Shown here: piece by piece, positions 57,700 through 64,000 of the stretch
Numbering within the stretch: position 1 is the first letter of the stretch
Layout of the letters: each line of letters begins with the position of its first letter
Origin: Octopus vulgaris
Taxonomy: Eukaryota
Direction of reading: 5' to 3'
Assembly (NCBI GenBank): GCA_951406725.2
Contig: OX597817.1
Span: 111,600,001 to 111,664,000, forward strand
Length of the DNA stretch: 64,000 bases
The notes under the pieces: generated by a model
Told to the model about the DNA's origin: nothing
The model's database searches: none
The model's input: the letters and a program-made list of their open reading frames with translations, nothing else
Made by a program: the position numbers and the translations under genes

Positions 57700-58950
57700 T
57701 CCTCCCTGAACGTTTCCATCTCGTTCTTACTCTGGTTTTATACTTTCCAAACACCTGCATCCATTTCTAATTTGGTTACCTAAGTAACAGAATCTATTAA
57801 CAACGTCCAGGGAACCTTCCAAACATTTTACAGAATGTATTTCATATGTGCTCATATTGCCAGCGATTCCTGTACGTCTGCTACATACAAAGATTTTCTT
57901 CTGCCAGTCGACTTGTGATCACACTATATATCTTAAGCATCTACTGTTTACATTTGATGCACAATACAGAGTTTCGAGCTCCTTATTTTCTGCGTATAGG
58001 TCATGGGCAACTCCCTGAAAGTGGAGAGATATCCATGAATTTGCTATTATATTCTTTCTAACTAAACTGCTAGGTTTACTCGTAATGATGTTTATTTGAG
58101 GTTTGAGGCTTCTATATTCTAGGTTTTGATTCCATGTTTTGCAATACTTCTATGAGACTTCAACAGATTCAGCTATGGGAACTAGGTCATTACTATATAG
58201 AATTTCTTACGTACAACCATATGCTAGATAAAGCGCCTTACTATTAGCTAGGAGTTTCTCTTGTGGTTGTTCTACAGTGAAGAGAGTATCAGTGGTACAC
58301 GATCCAGACTCAAATCCGAACAGCAACTCATCTAAACTAATTCTCTTCTTAGATATGTTACAACTCTTTCTGTTATTTTCATAATAAACAGATCCATCAG
58401 TTTGATATCTATGACTGTCTCCTCTAGATAAGCTTTTGTGCCCTTGTACCAATTATCAATAATAACGATACTCTTATTCCTATTTCAACAGCGTCCATCA
58501 TGGTGTTACCTAACATATCTATTGTCACAGCTATGAGAATACGGCAGTTCCTGTAATTCGTTTCCGATGTTGTTTTGTGAAAGAGGCACATAGGAACGGC
58601 CCTTCTGGTCATCCGTCCATGTTGCATATCAGAATCAGAGATGAGCGTTGCTCCTGACTAGTCTAAGCTTAATTATTCTGTCACATACTCTACTTCGATT
58701 ATTTTATCAATACATAACTCTACCAACAATATGCCTACATCCACACCAGCGCTGTTGCCCACGCAGAAAAAATTGTACTTATATTCCTTACTTTTGAGAA
58801 ATTAGTCTGATAGTCCCTTCGCTTTTGCACCAGAGTTTCTATAATCTCTCTAAATCTACCTTTCAATATGCCACCATTAATAGTACCAATTCTGAAGTTT
58901 TGTGTGTGATAAAAAGATGAGAGTTTCCAGCGGTGGGCTGGTTGTTAAAT
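57700..58950 (-). mobile_element. Decayed RTE-like LINE fragments
   Basis: FGFESGSCTTDTLF...QEKLLA.SKALYLAY, LLYSNDLV (YADD-like) and an APE-like GTINGGILKGR near 58870. Confidence 0.6.
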
Positions 58951-61025
58951 GTGTTTTCTACCTCTGGAAAGAAGATAGTGTGATCGTTTGGTAACAGTCT
59001 AGAGGTTTGCGCACATCACCAGGTGCTTTCACCTGACCATCTCATTAAATTACGAAGCACTAAGGTGATAAGTGATATTTTTGCATTTACAGTTAGATAT
59101 TTTGCTCTGTATTTGTGGCTGTTATGATTTTGGCAAGGTATTATTTGCCGGAGGATACTCTTGTGACTTCCACTTTACTACATGGATTGGATTCGTTTCA
59201 TCGTTTTACCAGCGCTTGTGATGTTCTCAGTCAAGACGGAAGAGCTACCTGTGCATTGTATCAGTTTCTATTCTACGATATTGCTTTCCTAAAAGGATTA
59301 CCTTCTTTGCAACTTGCAGAGACCCTCATCTCTGGTCATAATTTTAGTCATATTTACAACTTTCATTGTGGGGTTACCTTCTATGCAGCTTATGAATTGA
59401 TGTGTCTCCCATGCAGACGTTTATTCAGAGCTACTGTTCTCTTAGTATGGAATTTTCGTCTCCTTGCCAGGCCACCTTCACTTTGGTTCGCGTCTATCCA
59501 TAATACTGTTAACCATACTCATAGTGATGGGGTCGGAAGTGGGGTGCTTACGGTAGATTGGTCGAGCCATATAGACGTTACTACCTTTTATAATGACACT
59601 TTTCCTGTCATGGAAATACATTAAGTTGGCGGTTCTTGACTGGGAAAATCTGAGAGTTATGGTTCAAAATTCAGCCGTGTTCTCGTTACGAGTTCTCAAT
59701 GTCCACTTGAAAATATGTTAATTTGATGTATTAAGAAGGTATTTGAACCAGTTTATAAAACCTTATATGTTATTCCATAGGTTAAAGAACAAACATTCTC
59801 AATCTTAAGCATGATCTAATCTGAAATATTCTTACTAATAATATCAATGTGAAATTCAATGGGGTTTATATATCTAATAGAAGGAAATAATGAAAGTTCG
59901 ACTTAAGAGTCTTTGAAAGTCAATATGGGTATTTAGGTTTAGGAGTATTAATTCTATCATTTCTAAAGTTAATCTTCAGGTCATAAGTGTTAATTTCAAT
60001 CAACATTACCAAGATATTTCCTTAGATGCACTATAAACGGAGTTCAGATCAAAAGAGTTGTGCGGGTTTTTATCTTTTGTCAACATTTGATTATTTTTCT
60101 AAAGAAATATTATTCCTTCTGTTTCTTTATAGTAAACGCTGTGCTGTAGCTTTTATGCCTCACGATTATTGTGTAACATATTCGCAAGCATTTTACATTT
60201 TATTAGGGTTAGGGTTAGGGTTATATTGTTCTGAGAATTTGCGAAGATAAACTGTAAACATAACGAATTAAATTATCTACCCATGACCATCTGAAATCAA
60301 ATATTGCAAGGTAGTTTATAGTACGATCAAGTGCATCTGATAAGAATAGAATTTTATAATATTTTGCTACTAACAGTTAGGAATAAAACGATCAATACTC
60401 TCCACAATTTATGTTACGTTACTTAACTTCATCGATCAGATGTTTTGGGTAATCTACGATTTAACAAAGGACAAATGCAATGCACTTAAAAATAATTGAC
60501 TACAGGTTAACAGGAACAGCTCAAGCTATATAATCAATGAACTGCACTCGTTATTACTACAATTCCTATTCGGATACTTTCATGTTTTCATTGTATACGT
60601 TTCACTACCACAACAGACTAAAAGAAAAGATATACGAAAGGGTTTTCCAACAGCATGTGACATTATACTTTGGATTAAGTGATATTTAAAAAGCAATTTC
60701 CCTATTCATATATATTCGATTACAACTCCCAGATTGATGAAATTAAGATTGGCAATCCTGATAAAAATTGGATTTATTCTCTATCAAATTTACCATGACC
60801 GCTTTTACATATGATGCGGCAAAAATAAAATGATACATAAGAGTTGATTACATATTCGTTGCCATCTACAGATATGTAAGAAATAATATATATGAGATAC
60901 TAATAAAGAGATAGAGAGTCTGGATGAAATAAGTAAGATTGAGAGTCATAGAAAGATAGGTACGAGAAGAGAAAAACTGTAAAATAGTAAGTGATAGACA
61001 TATATGAATGTACACACAGACGCTT

Positions 61026-61065
<40 letters not shown>

Positions 61066-61249
61066 ATATGTATGTATGTATGCATGTATGTATGTTTGTA
61101 TGTATGTATGTATGTATGCATGCATGCATGAGTGTGTGTGTACATATATATCTACTGTGTGTATGTACGCACATATTCATATACATATATGCATACATAT
61201 ATATGTTCATACATAAATATGTTTAGGTATATATGAAAAAAGGAGTGAG

Positions 61250-61292
<43 letters not shown>

Positions 61293-61293
<1 letters not shown>

Positions 61294-62790
61294 TAGCAGA
61301 AATATCGGGCGTTGCCTGGGTTAAAAAAAATAATGAAATTTAAAACGCCGTCTAGATTACGCAGGTCTCAGCTGCTAGTAGCTGCAACTCATGCCAACAT
61401 GGAACACAGACGTTAAGTGAAATGTGAAAAGAAAGTTTCCAACTCATATATGTCTATAAAGTAAACACACGCTTGTCTAACTTATTTCGTAACCAAAAAA
61501 CAGGTACAGATTATAAACAATGAAAGGCCATGCGGCGAGTACACACACACACCCACAAACAGACAGCGAATATATCACGTGTCACTTTTAGACACACATG
61601 CATGTCAGGCAAAAAGTGAAAGTGTAATAGTAATACTTTAACACTCAATGGTTTTACACTTCTGTATATGACATAGACCTACTATTCATGTAAGAGCTTC
61701 TTCATATACAATGTTTTCTGTCTTGTCATGTTTATCACTGAGAATGAAGAGGCTCTTTTCATCTCCAACTTTAAAACATCCAACATACAGCTGACCATGT
61801 GAGAAGCAAGGTTGAAGGAGGTTAAATTCATCATCTTGTAGCAAATTCATCATCTTGACAAACCTTGAAGAATGTTGTGAGTGTGGTATTTTGGGAAGCT
61901 TTCATTTGTAGTTGGACTGCGTCTGTCAGTGTGCTGTCTCTGTTGGCTCCCTCTATGTTGATCAGATGGTTTCTTGTCTGATTTGATAACTACTTTGTAA
62001 TCCATGGAGTCAGGTGGAATTGTTTCAAGTGTAGTCTTGAAGCTTCTGATCAGGTTGTTGTTGTTATGCAGCATCTTTTGTAGAGACACTACAATGTTCA
62101 TCCTGATGCCGGAAATTTTCTTGCACCTCTCTTGCCCTTCATGTTGAGAATCACCCATAAAATATATTTGAAGGAATTTTGGTGATTCATTTGACAGAGG
62201 TAGTAGAGAGCCAATCCGATGATAAATCTGACCTTGGACCTTGAAAGTTTGCATGAAACCTGGTTCAGTTATATCTCTTGTGGCTCCAAATGATGTCATC
62301 TGTAGTACAGCATTGTAGTGTCTAATTTTGTTTTGGAAGTGCTTGAAATCTTGGTCGGTTGATGACAACAGTTTCTTCAATGGCTCTGGAGGTTGGGAGA
62401 TTGCAAGGAGTTTAACCTTTCCACCAGTGCAGCACAGTGTAGCTGTCTCTCCAGACCACTTCGTTGCTTTACAATGTATGCACTCAGTTGTCATTGTACC
62501 AATGGAAACTCTAGTGTCATCTGCATAATGAACTACTGGATCATAATTGAAGTTGCTTCTCTGAGCTGTTGCAACTATTCTTCGTTCTGCAGTGGAGATC
62601 CTATTCCTTGTCAGTCGTGCATACCTCTGTTCATCACTTTGAGATGCTCTAACTTTTGTGGTGCACAGTCTGTTCGTTTCTTGGCATGCTTCTCTTTCTG
62701 CAGCTATCTCTCTTTCCCTGGACAGAGACATACTTTTGGCTGACCTTATATTGTAGACAAATTGGCATGACCACAGATTTCTGCCCCCCA
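61293..62790 (-). mobile_element. Internally deleted Helitron retaining the Rep/Hel N-terminus and the extreme helicase C-terminus
   Basis: ORF 61850-62791 has CxxC...W..E....CC..GKV, YNAVLQMTSFGA, FKVQGQIYHRIGSLLP and FLQIYF. Region about 61690-61830 encodes the PIF1-like end CFSHGQLYVG...NIVYEEAL*. 3' hairpin plus CTAG|T at 61293-61320. Confidence 0.88.
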
Positions 62791-63108
62791 CCCCGAATTT
62801 GGATGATCATAACTTTCAGAAAAATGGATATATTTTTAATGAAATTTTCTACGAATATGTGTTATATCATGTAGATTCCGAATACACAAAACTGTTGGGG
62901 AAAGTGTTTTATGAGGGGTAGGGGGAATTTCGAACTATGTAGATTCCGAGGATAAAGGAATTTAGTGGGAAAAACAATTGGGGGTTATTTTTGAGGATTG
63001 TTCCCCACACGGGGATGTTTCGGAACAAGTCGTCCATATTTGTTTCATTTTCTCCATTTTGTGCGTGTGTGCATCCGTAGATTTCTACCATACATATACA
63101 CACACACA

Positions 63109-63179
<71 letters not shown>

Positions 63180-63456
63180 GTAATTAAAAAAGTTCAGACG
63201 AGGACTTACTCCATTCAATACCATACTTATAGAGATTTATGTAACAGATTATACTTTACACTTCTATATTTAACTGTACGTGTATATTCCTTATTTTTGC
63301 TTCTGGTGTCGTCCGTCTTTCTATTAGAGACGTTTATCTGGGAATTTACTTAAAGTGAAAAAAAATCGTATGCAACCGATAAGTCGTCTTAATAATATAT
63401 ATATAAAAAAATATATATATATACATATATACACATATATATATACATATATACAC

Positions 63457-63543
<87 letters not shown>

Positions 63544-63546
63544 TAT

Positions 63547-63626
<80 letters not shown>

Positions 63627-64000
63627 TTACAACTAATGTAGGATAAAATTTTTTTAGAAAAAAAAATTTTATCAATGGCCAACATATCAAAAAATACCTC
63701 TAAATGTTAAATTTATAAATAACTTACAAAATAAGGGCAAAAGAAAAATTCTAATGCCAAATATGCCGAAAAAAAGACAAAATTGTCAATAACCATTATA
63801 ATTTATGCGTCTCGAAAGAAACCGACAGAAATTTTTTTAAAATCTGTTATTACCGTATCGGTCCCAATTTCAGAGTTAATTCATAAGAATTTTCTTCTCC
63901 TCAGCGATAAATACGTAAGACATAAATGGAATACTTACTCATACCCATGGAAAAAGCAAGCACTAAGTCCTGAGCAGACCTAAGTACCCCAAATATATCC

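Noticed and set aside
59115-59624. 169-aa ORF
   Set aside because: GTG start, no recognisable motif or splice context; adjacent to the decayed RTE-like element.
59781-59850. Candidate next GPCR exon after the acceptor-like ccatag
   Set aside because: The phase-0 frame stops after 12 codons and shows no TM1 motif.
60202-60223. (TTAGGG)3 interstitial telomere-like repeat
   Set aside because: Only three units, which is expected by chance in this repeat-rich DNA.

Overview
AT-rich eukaryotic DNA saturated with microsatellites and transposon relics. The microsatellite load and the tRNA-derived SINE families point to an octopus (cephalopod) genome; this is inferred from pattern, not from a search. 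Nearly all ORF-track entries are microsatellite artefacts. One host gene is visible: two in-phase + strand exons (about 43830/43902-44355 and 56509-56606) encode the hormone-binding ectodomain of a class B1 (calcitonin-receptor-like) GPCR with an extra Cys-rich N-terminal domain. The rest is mobile DNA: at least seven Penelope-like retroelement (PLE) copies or fragments of Naiad-, Neptune- and Penelope/Poseidon-like types, CR1- and RTE-like LINE fragments, three mariner relics, Helitron derivatives and SINEs. The main hidden layer is RNA structure. About a dozen type I hammerhead-ribozyme-like motifs can be read by eye, some intact, some with recurrent non-canonical cores (CCGANGA, UUGAAAA) and some decayed. 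They lie in PLE 3' ends and in short solo elements abutting (TA)n arrays. One PLE family also carries a tRNA-like Pol III promoter just upstream of its hammerhead. A Naiad-like PLE forms a near-perfect 4-kb fold-back palindrome (35132-39145).
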